A stretch of DNA of 63,597 bases, filler included, from Halocafeteria seosinensis (GCA_001687465.1; 9 parts of 9 records of this genome joined end to end with filler, not necessarily neighbours in it), one strand, 5' to 3'. Shown: positions 34,718 to 48,420, counted from the first letter of the whole stretch. Numbers and translations are program-made. Notes: generated from the letters alone by a model not told the origin.

Positions 34718-35678
34718 GGCAATGTTCCAATTTTTCAGCGTTGTACAGGAAACAGGGACCGTGATAAAGGCTTTAACTCTGTACTGCGGGGCACTTGCGT
34801 CAAGTGTGATAAATAAATGCCAGAGCATTGTCCGATACACATCCATCAAATGTCGCCAAGACATCTCAGTGTACCATTGAACACGTGGGAGTAACACTTG
34901 CCGGACACCATAGTGCGAAACCCGCTGTTGTAGAGAAGTCGCTTACTTCGGTTTCCAGTGCATCCAGAGCTTGTTATGGTTTGATCATGCTATACTTGCT
35001 CTAACAGTGGCTAATTGGTCTTCGAGGGTCGTTTATGCCTGCTGTTACGGATGAGCTGCCGAAGAAGGCGAGTCTTGAGAAACCATAGCAATGCCGTAAG
35101 AACCGTGTATCCTGTTTCTCCTCCAAGCATCTTATCGTAGTACCAGCTGGCTGATTGGAAACACAATGAGTAGACCAACGATGTACCCACTCCTTTAATG
35201 CAAGAGTACAAACATTTTCCCAAGAAAATCAAGTATACCTACAAGTATCCGCTGAATCAGCGCTGAGGTCACCAATTCAGCCTCCGGTGTACAAGGCTGG
35301 CATGATGGCCTTTCCAATTATCGCCAGACAGCGAGAAATACGCTACTTACCTTTACCAACGGTAACAATGTTACCGTTCTAATTTTGCGTATCGAACCAG
35401 TTGCAGCCCATTAACTGCTTGTGTGCCGCCCGGACATTTAGTTGGGTAACGCTGGATACCAGCAGATAGACGGATTGCTCTCGTGGAAAGGGAATTTGGA
35501 TTGTTCACGGGTTATCAAGAGCATACACTACGAGTTGACATGAAACTGGCTAATACGATCGTGCGATGCGTGCAACTATAGTAGTCAGCTGTTGCGCTTA
35601 GCGGTCATTGCTTCGAGTGCTCAAGCATCTTCAAGAACGGCGTGCGACAGGAACTTCTTAATTGATTGACTACTCACA

Positions 35679-36780
35679 TCACTGATCCTGCCTGATACTC
35701 CTACCCACCACACCGGGATCCACGTTCAATACAAACTGTTCAATGCTGAACGGGTGTGGGCATGCCACAGGTGTAGTATCCTGATTACTTCGGCGAATGG
35801 GTTGAAATTTTAACTTGTGGTCTTGGCGAGAGAGAGCCGAATTCGGGTTTGGGAATCTGGCTGGTGGAACGCAGAAAAACAGCCGAATTAATATTGTAGC
35901 CGTACTCTCAGGAAGAAAGTTTTCCAGTTGTTTCAATCCATACTCAGTCAAAGGATGCTCATTCGATACCGTTGACTGAAAAACATCATAGCTAGCGCCA
36001 ACTCCCTTCGGGGAAACTGCAACGAAATCGCCGATGGGGAAAGACTCGTTTAAGGATTCAATAAGCCTTCGTTTGCGCGAATCTTTGTCTTCTTTCAACG
36101 CAGTACGTACGGTGTCAGCGGACGGACATGAAACGACTTCCATCGCATCCCGCAATTTTAAAACCTTGACTGGAGCTGGATGAGCGTTTCCAAGATAACA
36201 AATCGGTTTTTTTTCAGCTTCGCTGTCCCACTCTTGAAGTAATGCCCTCCGCACTATTGGTTGAAACAGTTGCCCCTTCAAAGCAGCTGCTTTCCCATCG
36301 CCACCCTCAAGTGTGAAAAACAACCTGATTTGTTCTGCGTTTAACTGTTTGTCTATCTTCTCAGCCAAAAGATCACGAATGTAAACGCTGCCACAAACTT
36401 GCTCGGTCTCGTGGAATTCTCCAAGATGTTTACCGTTTCCTCGCACGCAGATGTGGACGAGAGTGTACGATCTCTTGGCCCCCTTCTCTTCGGTGACCTT
36501 TAACGCGGTACGCAGTTGATCATAGGTTTCAATCTTATCTATTCTAGCGTCAATATGCTCCTGTGCATGTCTAGCAATCCACGTGTCAGAATCTACCCCA
36601 TCAAGTGGCGGTTTAGATACCACGTAACGGATGATGCCTCCGAACTTGCGTACAAAAGATTGATGCGGTCAACGTCTGCATCGGTCATTGCATAGCAAGA
36701 TTTGGCACAGTCCTCTAGTTCGGGCACTGACCAAACATCCATGTAAAGGGTCTTATTAGATGCGTGCTTCGCTAAGCCCT
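35679..36780 (-). pseudogene. Crinkler/RHS-type NTPase-helical-REase protein, 5'-truncated and frameshifted
   Basis: TLYMDVWSVPELE, frameshift near 36660, KFGGIIRYV, S..LVHI, KGQLFQ, NESFPIGDFV, FQSTVSNEHP, LFFCVPP. Confidence 0.7.
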
Positions 36781-36827
36781 AACCTGGTGACTGGGACGGT
36801 CGTCAGTCCCCCCTGGGAGCCTTTTTG

Positions 36828-36934
36828 TACTTCCCCGGGACAAGGCTACTTCCTGGGGACAAGCTTTTTGTAATTTCGGCTCCCCCAAATTTGCCCTTAC
36901 TTCCCCGGGACAAGGCTACTTCCCCGGGACAAGG
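36828..36934 (+). repeat. Four copies of TACTTCCYSGGGACAAG(G), possible transposon subterminal repeats
   Basis: Two tandem pairs at ~36828-36864 and ~36898-36934, just upstream of the truncated Crinkler-like gene. Confidence 0.7.
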
Positions 36935-38125
36935 TTGCTATACGGCTACGTGTTGTCTGCAACAATCAAGTAGACGTTCACCCTGTAACAAAATATTAAC
37001 ATATGCCATTCCTTTAACATCTGTGTATTTCTTGTGTTTGTGAATATCTCAGTGAATTTCATGATGCGTTTGGATTTTCAGAACTCTTCCGCAGTTGTTC
37101 CCTAGCTAGTACAACAAGCCGAGACGGCCAAATCTGGGTGCCTGTGGTACTGTATGGGCTGCGGCGGGGCCTGGAGCGCATTGCAGTCATACACTGCGGG
37201 ATACCAAGGAAAGAAGTAAGTAAAATCAAAGTTCTATACCACGTTATCACTTCACAATGCCGTCATACATGTATCGAACTGTGCACAGCCTTGAGAAGCA
37301 CCGCGGTCAGTGCTCTACCAAATTCAACTTCTGTGCGATCAGAATCGAAGGCGGCAAAGATAGGAACTTTTCCGGGACAATTTGCATCCTCCTTTCATAT
37401 GTGCTGACTGATATAGCAAANCCCTCTGTGTATGCTGCGTAGCGCTTATAAATTGGCTGTGTGGGCATGATACAAAAGCGGCGGGCTACGACCAGAACAC
37501 CCGCAGAGACGCCCCCATTTCTCCTGACACACCAGCTGCAGCGCACATCACTTCGTATGTATGGGGAGACACAAACCTAATGTGTCCATAAACAACACAC
37601 AGACCTCATAAGTACACGGTATGTACGGCGAAAGAGGGCGTGCTTACGCGACAAATGCGACCATTTTGGCCTTCTCGGCGAATTTTGTCTTCCTGTGTTT
37701 CGCGAGACAGATATTATATATGCTAGCTTTGCATGTGATTCACGTCAGTATGGTTTGGACTTTTTATATAATGCGTAATAAACCCGTTTTCGAACTGTGC
37801 TTGGGGCATTGGGGGCAGAATCCAAATTTTGAGCGCGCTTGTGAAGTGCAGGAGGAGACNCTGCGTCTTGATACGCCATTGGACAGTTCGTGTAGAGCAT
37901 GTCAAAAGCCCAATTTGTGTGTTGGTCAAGTTTCGGTCTAAAACGTTCGTAAGAGGCGTTTGGCTACCGGTTCTTTGAGTCAATATGGAGCCCGTCAGTC
38001 TGCGCGCTGGAGAGTATGGTCCGCTNNNNNNNNNNNNNNNNNNNNNNNNNNNNNNNNNNNNNNNNNNNNTTAATTAATTAANNNNNNNNNNNNNNNNNNN
38101 NNNNNNNNNNNNNNNNNNNNNNNNN

Positions 38126-38975
38126 CGCAGTGGAGGACCCGACTGGGCTGAATCTAATTATCCGAATGAGAGTCGGGGGTTTTTGGGGAGCCAAAAGTAT
38201 GGCACAGGCTGGGCTGTTGCCAGTGGAGTATCGGGAAAAGTGTCCATGGTGTGGGAGGGGGGTACCGGAGACCATGGCGCATTTTTTGGCGGATTGCGGA
38301 AGATGGAGCGCACAGCGCGGAGGCGGACTTACTAATCTACTATACGAAATGGATGAGTTCGGACCGGTGTCTGATCAGTCACGTACTACCTTACTCCTTG
38401 GAGGGGAGTGGTGCGGTTCGGTTCTGCCGAGCTGGAGGTCCCGTAGCGGATCGACAGCCGCGCAGGCGGTACCGCAGGGAGCGATCCAATTGGGGAGTTT
38501 CCTTGCAACAGTCTGGCCAATTAGGCAGAACCTGTTGTCGGAGTTTTGTCCACCTCGGGAAGAGGGGGGCGAAGACCGTTTTATCTCCATGGGCCGAAGC
38601 CCAGAAGGGTAGGGTCGAGCGTGGACTGCTCGGTGCCGGGATGGATTCATTTTAAGGGAGTTTTTTGTGGGTGATGAGTCCCACACTACCGTTTGGTGGG
38701 GGTACTCTAGTACTAGCGTATAGGTGGTGTACGATAGTGGGTCACAGAGTGACAGATAAACTAGATGAAAGAGTAGCTCCTCCGGTGCCTAGCTCCTAGG
38801 GACCTTGTTCTTGCATAGTGAATGACGGAGAGTATCTCGAGAGACGTGTGAGGGCCAGGAGTATCCCTACTTCAGCAACTTGTTCGAGTTGTAATGAGGG
38901 TACGATTAAGTACGGAGTAAAGGTTTTCTTCCTTAACCATCCGGGGGTTTAAAAAAAAAAAAAAAAATAAAAAAT
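38126..38975 (+). mobile_element. 3' end of APE-RT LINE (ORF end, ~340-bp 3' UTR, poly(A))
   Basis: 38126-38446 matches 42432-42752 with one visible substitution; stop at 38612; A-tract ~38951-38975. Confidence 0.9.
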
Positions 38976-39024
38976 TGTCCTTTCCCTTCGGGGGAAAAGT
39001 AAGTGGGCTTCTTGTACTTGTAGG

Positions 39025-42000
39025 GTGATAGATAAGACCCGGCCGAACCCGTATAGTTTAGATAGTTATGTCCGCCTCTGTGTCTGGCGTGAGTCTTCTT
39101 CCCAGGTGCAAGTGATGTGGGCGAAGGTGCTCCAGTGCCTCGGACAAGGGAGTTTGGCGGAGTCAGTGTACAAGGTGCTGCATGTGAAGCAGAGGGATGG
39201 AGGTCGCAGGTTTGATGTGTTGTGTTCACCTGCACGCAGCGAGGCTGTGCTTGCAAGCCTTCGGCAGCATGGGCGGAAATGGGGCTGGAATTGTCGAGCT
39301 CATATTCCTTTCTCTCGCCGTCGGCGAGGACATGTCGTTGGTGAAGCGGCCAGTGTGGCCGGCTTGAAGTTTGGGTCGTACAATGTGTGCGGGGTCCGGT
39401 CGAAGAAGGAGGAGTTGCGACACTTTCTACGGGCCGAGAAAGTGGAGTTGGTGGCCCTTCAGGAAACTTTACTGAAGGAGGAGGATTGGCGCATGAGTCT
39501 ACCTGGGTACCATTGCTTTGACGTACCCGCGGAAGCGAATGAGGCGCTTCGTGGGGTGGCAATTGTCTTGAAACGTGGTTGGAATGGGTATGAAGTAGGA
39601 AATCGCTCCCCGGGCAGGGTGTTTGTGCGAGTGTCTAGGGATGGGGTACTGGAGCCGACTATTTTCGGCTCGATTTATATTCCTCAGGCCAGGAAACAGC
39701 GAGCCCTCAGGGAAGTGAAAGAGCAGGTGGTGGAGTTGCGGCGGAAGTTTCCGAACGATAAGATGGTGTTGTTGGGAGACTGGAACCTGAAAGCCAAAGC
39801 GCTCGATAGAGTACTTGGTAAATGGGGGGCAGACTTGGCTAGGGTTAAGATGAGCGGATCCCGGAAAACCCGTCACAGAGGGCCGAGAGAAGGCATTGAC
39901 CACATCGTGATTAGTACGCCGCATGCCCGGACAGTGGCGACGGCTAAGGTGTTGAGAGGTTACGACCTGTCGGATCATTGGCCAGTGGTATCACATTTTA
40001 AGCAGGCAGGTTTGCAAGAGGCTACGGCGCCGTCTTCGGACGAAGAGGCTGCTGGATGGCGCTTCTGTGTGCAGGGAGTGAAGGTTCCTAATCCAGGGGT
40101 CGCTAGGGCCAATTGGCCGGCACAGTTTAAGGGAATAGTTATGTCGAACCAGTGGGACGCTCTGCGTGAGTTGGCGTCGACGGACTTAGAGGAAGATTCC
40201 CAAGCAGCGATTGATGAGATTGGGGCCCGGACCTTGAGCACCTGTGAGGAGGTGGCCAGAGAGCAGGAGGTTCTTAAGAACCGTGCCTCGCGGAAGAACG
40301 ACGTCCCGCTGCCGCGGCGGATTGCTAAGGCTATCTCCAACCGCTGCAAGGCGTATCGGGAGGCGAGAAGGGCTGATGGGTCCTCTCCCGAGGAACTTCG
40401 CTTAAAATGGGAGGTCTATACCGCTGCTAGGGCCACGTGTTCGGCTCTTTTGAGGGAGGATAGACGGAAACAATGGAGCCGTCTGGTTCGTAAAGCTGAT
40501 GCGGATATTAAGGAAGATCCGAGGTCTTTCTGGAATGTCGCCTCAGGTCTGGGTAATTGGAGGCGGAAGGACGCGAGTGTGGGGATTCAACCGGTCCAGG
40601 ATGCGTCTGGGAATTTGATCACAGACCAAGCCCGAGTTAGTGTTGCATGGAGGGAATATTACCGTAGCCTAGCGAGCGACGTGACCGGTCACAGTGGGGA
40701 TGAGGAATACTGGGTCGATAAGGTGCCTGATTTGCCTTCGCTTGAGGGGAGTGGTTATGTGGGTGATTTGAATGCCGATATTTCGGCGGACGAACTATCT
40801 CGGTGCCTGCGGAAGATGAAAAAGCGGAAGGCACCGGGGAGGGATGGTATACCGGCAGAATTCCTGCAGTTGTGCATGGTGGATTCATCCTCGTCGATGT
40901 TCCGAGCCATATTGAGGGTGTGCAACCGGGTATGGAGTTCTGGATATATCCCTGAGTCGTGGAGTGACTCCATAATCATCTCGATCCCTAAGAAGGGGGA
41001 CCTGACCCTCATGTCCAACTATAGAGGTATTTCCCTCATGACAGTATGTCTTAAGATCCTTATGGTTTTGGTGACCAAGCGTTTGGAAGCCGCTTTTGAG
41101 GGCCAGGGGCTCTTCTCACGAAGTCAGGCGGGGTTTCGCAAGCTGGAAGAGTGTCCAGGGCAAGTGGTGGCTCTGTATGAACTCCTGAAAAGGAGGCAGC
41201 TTAATGGCGATCCGTCGTATATCCTCTTTGTGGATCTGAAGAAGGCTTACGATACGGTGCCGCATGGGGCGCTTTTCGTAAAACTGAGGAAGTATGGAGT
41301 CTCCGGGAGGATGTTGAAGTTCCTGCGGAACCTGTACGCCTCCAGTCGCATTGGGGTGAAGACGGCGGATCGAATCTCGGATACAATCCCGCTAGAGAGG
41401 GGACTCCGGCAGGGTTGTCCCTTATCCCCGATCCTGTTCAATATATTCGTGAATGATATTCTCTTGGGGACAAGGGAGTGGGGAGTGCCGATAGAGGCCG
41501 CACCAACAGGCACGGGGAATGTATCTGGTCTCATGTTCGCTGATGATTTGGTAACAGTCGCGCCGACGAGAGCGAAGTTGGTGGAGCTGACTCGTCACCT
41601 GGATGGGTGGGCAGAGAGGAACGAGATGTCATTTGGTGTGCCTAAATGTGGGGTGATGGCTGTTGGAGCCCCAAGGGCACATGTGGAGGAATGGGCCGGT
41701 CAGTGGGTGTTGGCAGGCCAGACAGTGCCTATTGTTGACTCGTATACATATCTGGGTATGGACATTGAACCGGACCTGAACTTCACTACAATGATTAATA
41801 GTAGGCTTGTGAAAGGGGAGCGGACCGTCCATGCGATGGCGCCCTTTTTGCGATGTCGGTCCTTTCCGCTGAGAGGTAGGCTCTTGGCACTTCGCGCGGT
41901 ATTGCTACCCACTCTGCTGTATGGGGCAGAGGTGTGGGGCATGAATAAGAGGGCCACGGATAAGATGCAACAACTACTCAACAAGGCTCTTCGGCTGTGT

Positions 42001-42752
42001 GCAGGGGCAAGCATGAGAACGACTCGTATCTCTAACATCGCTTTATGGGAGGAGCTTGGTGTAGCTCCGGTGTGTGCGCTGGCTGCTGGTCGACGAGCCA
42101 GAGGGTTCCAAAAATTTCGCCAGTTGCGCTCGTGGGTCTCCACAATGGTCGAGTACCCCTCCGCACATAGGAAGTGGACATGGGTGGCTGGGAGTAGCCG
42201 CTGGATGAAGCGATACTTCGTGCGATTAATCCAATTGAGGCAGGAGGAGATGGGAGAAGAGGCGGACCTGATAAACTGGGTGGAGTGGGAACCGAAACAC
42301 CTCTATAGGAAGGTGGTCGAAGCGGTGTGGAGTCGTGAAGCCCGTACTAAAGCGGGCAGGGGGAAGACTGCGACGTGGTACAAGGAGGCGAAGTTCCGAG
42401 AAACTCATCTCGCCAGGCTTCGCATGCCGCACGCAGTGGAGGACCCGACTGGGCTGAATCTAATTATCCGAATGAGAGTCGGGGGTTTTTGGGGAGCCAA
42501 AAGTATGGCACAGGCTGGGCTGTTGCCAGTGGAGTATCGGGAAAAGTGTCCATGGTGTGGGAGGGGGGTACCGGAGACCATGGCGCATTTTTTGGCGGAT
42601 TGCGGAAGATGGAGCGCACAGCGCGGAGGCGGACTTACTAATCTACTATACGAAATGGATGAGTTCGGACCGGTGTCTGATCAGTCACGTACTACCTTAC
42701 TCCTTGGAGGGGAGTGGAGCGGTTCGGTTCTGCCGAGCTGGAGGTCCCGTAG
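39025..42752 (+). mobile_element. Intact non-LTR retrotransposon ORF: APE endonuclease + reverse transcriptase + CCHC zinc knuckle
   Basis: SYNVCG, VALQET, LLGDWN, IDHIV, LSDHWPV (APE); KAPGRDG, NYRGISL, QAGFR, DLKKAYD, GLRQGCPLSP, MFADD, YTYLG (RT); CPWC..ETMAHFLADC. Confidence 0.95.
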
Positions 42753-42852
42753 NNNNNNNNNNNNNNNNNNNNNNNNNNNNNNNNNNNNNNNNNNNNTTAA
42801 TTAATTAANNNNNNNNNNNNNNNNNNNNNNNNNNNNNNNNNNNNNNNNNNNN

Positions 42853-43833
42853 AAAGTCAATGGAGCTAATAAAGGTGAATGCCGCTTTCATTTCCCCAAA
42901 GTCTGCATTTCTGAGCAAGAATGGAAAGCGGATAGTAAACATCAGGAACTTACTGCAGGAGCGTATGGAGACACGGGCACTTTTCGGGGCTTAGGCTCTG
43001 CCTGGTTGAACGCACATAATCTCATTACATTACTCGCATACGGATGTAATAATGACNTCAAGTTTATTACAGACGGATCCTCCGCCCTCGCTCATTATAT
43101 GTATGCATATGGCTTCAAGAGTCAACAAACTGGAGAATGCAATAAACGCCTCCTCCAACAATCGCTCAAAACCAGAAAGTCGCACGAAGACTACGAAAAT
43201 CAGAATCAAACTTTATCGTTGGAACAAGAACAAGCCCGGCAAATACGCCAAGGACGACAACGCGTGTTGGCACTCTTGATGGCTTCCACATCCAAATTGA
43301 CAACAGGTCTACAACTGTGTGCTTGGTATGTCCTCCGCAAGACTTCAACCGTGACCTCTCATGCCTTCGCAATTATACACATGCCGCATCTTCTTGCCTT
43401 CTTATCGGGCAACGATCTTTCCTTTCAAGTGGCTCCCTATCAGCAACGAGGCTTGTTACAAACTCAGGTGCCTTACATTTATGATTACGTTTATCGCGGA
43501 GACGCTCTACAAACCTTCCCGTACTATCTCGTTTCTTCTCTTTACTACAAACTTCCCAAACGAGCTCCGCCAGAATCTGTAGATGACGAAGAAGATGCAG
43601 ACCACCAAGATACCGATACCTATGATAACACGACTTCTCTCGATAACGATACGAACACAGTCTACGGACTTATTCCCAACGATCCTACGATGAGGCTCCT
43701 CCTTCACAAATTTCAGTACACTGAGGATACAATCCCTCGACGAGTTCCATTCACTGACCAACATCTAGATTTGCACACGAAGCGAAACAACGATGGTATT
43801 GACGGTAAAGGTATGAAATCAAAGAAGAAGTAG
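42853..43833 (+). mobile_element. Helitron/Helentron Rep-helicase fragment (region following the Rep core), truncated
   Basis: ECRFHFPK, LNAHN..LL..GCNND.KFI, YMYAYGFKSQ, SHAF, DYVYRG..L...PYY. Confidence 0.65.
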
Positions 43834-44060
43834 TAAGACGATTCATTCATTTTCGTTGGAATGCTGCGAGGTAGGTGTACAGTATTCGTTGTCCTGGACA
43901 CTTGATGTTACGTTGAAGTTCTTTCCAGACTTACAGTACTGTACGACGTCATCTTTCCGTCTTTCAGGAGCTAATTCAGAACACCAAATGCCCGATTTTA
44001 AATTTGGAAAGAGAGGAAAGAGCAAGACATTCTGTGTACAACGTACATGTGTCATCTTGA

Positions 44061-45204
44061 ATGGTTGAAGTGTTTTGCGGACTCATGACGTCATCCACGG
44101 AGCAATACTTCGCGTATCGATACTTTTACGACCCGTTTACTACACTCTACCGACTCAGCTACTCCAGCGAAAGGAGTGTGGAACTTCTTCAATTCCTCAA
44201 AACCACACGTAATGCGTCAAATACTACTCGGGTTCTTGAAGAGCGGCGGGACCCGGAAAAATCAGGCAATGGTTTTATTGCTCAACTCTTCGACAAGCGA
44301 GGAATGGAGACGTTTCTTGGCCTTGCACCAGAAAAATTATCAGCCTTAGCCCAAATGATAACCAACGAATCACTTTTAGGACAGCAAAGAGTTCGTGATG
44401 AAATGAGAACCCTATATGGACCCACGGAGCTCAAGCGAAAACTTTCGCAAATGAAAGCAGAACTTCGAGCAGTATATGGAGCCCAGCGACAACGTGCTCG
44501 TTATCAGAGAACAGTTGCCTCCCCAGAAGCACATGCACAAGGGTTAAGACGGCGGCGAGAAACACGGCGCGAGAATGCAGCACAAGCTCCAGAAGTTCAT
44601 CGCCAAAACTTGAAAGAACGACGTGAGCAACATCAAGCTAGCTACTCCTTGGGAGACGAGACCACTTTAAAACGACGCCGTTCACAATATCAACAGGATG
44701 TCTTTTACTTTCCGGAGGAACATGTCTCCAGTTTAGCGGTCCGGCGCGACGAATATGCGACGCAGCTCCCCGAAAAGCACGCCTCCAGTTTAGCGGCCCG
44801 GCGCGAGGAGTATGCAACTCAGTTCCCGGAGGAACACAACTCCAGTTTAGCTGTTCGACGACTAACATGCGTGATAGACAAACAGTTGTCTCCTACAAAG
44901 TATGCGATGCAAAACAGACGACGCTCAGATGCTGCACGGAAAAAGGCAGAAAATCAAGTAAAAGATTTAGTGTCGCGACATGTCAACTGTCGTTTAGGCG
45001 ATCCTCCCAGCAGCCAGCGACAACAGGAAATATTGGACAACATTCGAGCAGAATTAAAACCCTCGAAGAATATACAGCTCGTTTGTATAGTCTGCGACCT
45101 GACCTCTGTACAAAGAAATGGCAAGCTGCTTACCATTCAAGAGTTTCTGTCGATTCCCAACCTCGCTCTCCTAGATGCCAATCACATGCATCCACCTTTG
45201 GATC
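44061..45204 (+). CDS. Arg/Glu-rich ORF with 19-aa repeats, probable Helitron N-terminus; runs into spacer
   Basis: Three PEEHxSSLAxRRxEYATQ repeats (57 bp); PP..QEIL....L.P....VCIVCD resembles the pre-Rep CxxC region. Confidence 0.45.
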
Positions 45205-45304
45205 NNNNNNNNNNNNNNNNNNNNNNNNNNNNNNNNNNNNNNNNNNNNTTAATTAATTAANNNNNNNNNNNNNNNNNNNNNNNNNNNNNNNNNNNNNNNN
45301 NNNN

Positions 45305-46803
45305 GCACCGTACCTACCGAGAACCAAAACTATTGTAAGAAATGCCGTCCCTTCGAGGTTGCTGTTGAAAACGACACTGAATGCAGTTCTTGTGGCGATG
45401 GCTTAATCCCGAACCTGGATCAAAGCGTGTGTCTGGCCTGTCAAGCACATCAGTACGCTACTAAAGAAGACACAGAGTGCCGTAATTGTCCTAATGGAAC
45501 GATCCCTACGTCAAATCAAGAGGATTGTATACCCTGTGGTTTGTTTGCTTACTCGTCGTCTACCGACGCTGATTGCCGAATCTGTCCCTTCGGCATGATA
45601 CCTACTCCGGATCAAAGCACTTGTAGATTTTGTGAAGCGTTTGAGGTGTGGGAAGAAGACGCATTATGTCATGCCTGTCCGAATGGGACTGTTCCGGCTA
45701 GCAATCAGAGCACTTGTGTATCCTGTCGCCTGTTTGAAGTGGCAACGGAAGCAGACGCTCATTGCAGAGCATGTCCGGAGCATACTGTCCCTGCAGCCAA
45801 TCAGTCGTCGTGTGTTCCCTGTCCTTCTGAACAGATACCTTCGACTGATGGCACAGACTGTTTGAGTGATTCGTCATCCTCGGCTGCAAAGGTAGCCAAC
45901 AACAGTTTAGCGAGCGTTGGACATTCTATACTTTGGTCAGCTATAGTGCTATCTTTAATAGCGTTTCTGGGATTTGTCTTGATGAAGCGACGCCGAAATC
46001 TCCACTACTCCAAACACGTCATGGATCCCCGTGAGCACGTGGCTCAAGCACTAAATATTTCGTCCAAACGGGTCAATCTTTCCAAGGATGTTCCAGCGAA
46101 GGACGGGACGGGCATGGATGACTACGTTAAACATTTCAACCCACTTGTGGGAGGAGTAAATTCAGCATTGTCAGACGACTCGCAACCTGCAGAGAACTGT
46201 GACACTGGATTTGCTGGCCCTCTCCCTGATACTGTATCTCCTTTAGTAGAGCTAATGCATCCGGAGTCTGAATGCTGCCGGAACCAGCTGAAAATCACGT
46301 CCGCGAAACTCCCTCTGGTAGCCTACACAACACAAGGCAAGGGTCATCTCCCAGCAGTAGCGTTCGCTGAAAAAGTAGAGGCTGCTGTGACGGAGCTACC
46401 GTTTTCAGAAAGAGTGCTCCTCGCTTTCCGAAAATTGAAGTGCATCGTTTTCGCTGAACCGGCAGTGATTGTCCAGGTTGAACCTCTAAGTAGGGGCCTA
46501 CCTGCAGTGGAGGCGACTCCTACTACTACAAGTAAACCAAATCCAGTGCCGGCATCCCTCCATTTTGCCCGAAACAGTGGCGCTATAAGATCGGTGGAAC
46601 ACAAGGCATATCAGGGAAGTGAAGCCAATCCCAGATCCCAAAAAACAAACACACTTCCAAACGTTGGCGCAAGTATCACCGGTAACAGCGGGAAGAAAGA
46701 ATTCGCTCAACGACGGCCTTTGTCTAGCAGCGCTCGACCAAGTGGCAAGTTCTTTTTCCCTGCACAATTTACGCGAAGTGAGAGAATAGCCGGCAAGCGT
46801 TGA
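45305..46803 (+). CDS. Type I membrane protein with CxxC-P-G (furin-like/GCC) repeats, 5' lost at spacer
   Basis: CRNCPNGTIP..Q..C.PC repeats; TM ILWSAIVLSLIAFLGFVLM followed by KRRR. Confidence 0.8.
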
Positions 46804-47049
46804 ACGTAACGCACCCAGAAGGGCACACAGCATTTTGCTCAATCATCGATGAATGCGCCCCGACGCTGGTTTCGTATACAGCCGCGAACAAAGCTACACG
46901 TTACATGCCATCCGAGGAAGTAACGGACTCGCATTTCCGTCTCCTGCGGAATGAATTTTCTTCGGCAATTGTGGAAAAATAACGTTCTTTTCCCAGGCTA
47001 GTCTGATGCCTTGGAGTGTACATATTCAGATTTGGATTGCTTGTACAAC

Positions 47050-48420
47050 ACCCTATGCAGTATACGTTGAACCTCTGATTTTTGAACACGCAAATACTGA
47101 CTTGTACTGCTGCTGATTCATTTGAAGTACGCAATGGTAGCCGAATGGGGGATACGAACATGGAATGTAATATGTATACGAGGCTAGTGAGGCCTTCCAA
47201 CGAGGAATTGGCCTGCATGAACAAGGGAAGTGTCAAGAATCTATGCGCTGGTGGGATAGATTAATCCACACTATGCAGATTAGTATACTGGCAAAGGGGG
47301 TTCCTTTCGCGCACCTGGTCGATACCAGGAAGCATTGAAGTGCTATGACAAAACTATATAAGGATCTACCCGCAGTATTCCTATGCGTATGAAAACCGAC
47401 ACGAAGAGGATTTGGAATGCTATCAGAAAGCCCTACAAAGCGATCGCCGGAGTGCCGAATGCTGATGCGCATTGTAACAAAGGGAAGCCCCTTGACACAG
47501 AAGCTTTGAAATGCTATGAGAGCGTCTTGTAGTTCGATGCGGAGCACCCTGTTGAGTGTCTTGACAAAGGGATTTTTCTTACTAACGTTGATCTACACCA
47601 CAAGCCTTGGAGTGGTATGACCGAGTCTTGGCCATCGGTCGGCCATATGCTAGCAAAAGAGATGCCGCTGATGCATATGTGGGCAGAGGGTTGTCACTTG
47701 GCTTACTTGATCGACCTCAAGAAGCCTTGGATTGTTAATAAAGCACTACAGATCGATCCGCGTTGCGTTCGACCGAATTTGAACAAAGGCCAGTTCCTAT
47801 TGAGCTTGGCCGAAACCAGGATGCCTTGGAATAGTTTGACAAAGCCCTACAAATCGAAACCCTTCAGTGATATACCTGCTTCTGTGCATTTGGGAAGAGG
47901 AAAGTCCCTTCATAACCTTGGCCGACACCAGGAAGTCTTGGATGCTATAACAAAAATTTTTGAAGATCGGACCACAGAGTGCTGGTGTGCATCGTAAGGA
48001 AGGCAACATTTCCGCAAGCTTGGTCGAGAGTAGGAAGCCGGAATGTTTGACAAAGTTCAACAGATTGACCATATGTAGCTAATGTGTACATAGCCGAAGG
48101 CAATTCCCTTGATGAGCTTGGTCGACCCGGAAGCCTTGGAATGCTGTGACAACACCCTAAACACAGATCCACATAGGATATAGCGAAAAGCCCAATTCCT
48201 TTTCGCAACCTTGAGAATCCTTCGAATGTTTGGCAACGTCCTATAGATCCATCCGGAAAACGCGGTAATTCCCTTAACGATCATGGTCGATATCAAGAAA
48301 CTTTGAAATGCTATGCCACAGCCATACAAGTCAATCCACAGGACTCTACGCCTTGCAGCAACTACGAAATTTCCCTCAAGAATCTTGGTAGCTATAAGGA
48401 GGCTCGGAATGCTGTGAGAA
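47050..48420 (+). pseudogene. Heavily decayed TPR-repeat gene
   Basis: Scattered frames: YWQRGFLSRTW/GRYQEALKCYDK, NKALQIDP, GRGKSLHNLGRHQEVLDA, HGRYQETLKCY; many stops and frameshifts. Confidence 0.7.

Noticed and set aside
38976..39060. HDV-like or hammerhead ribozyme at the LINE junction
   Set aside because: GGGT/ACCC hairpin and CGAA are present, but I could not build P1/P3; no CUGANGA..GAAA core found by eye.
31330..42752. DGR-like system (variable repeats plus a nearby RT)
   Set aside because: The RT is a LINE APE-RT on a different contig; no non-coding template repeat, and variation is not evidently adenine-specific.
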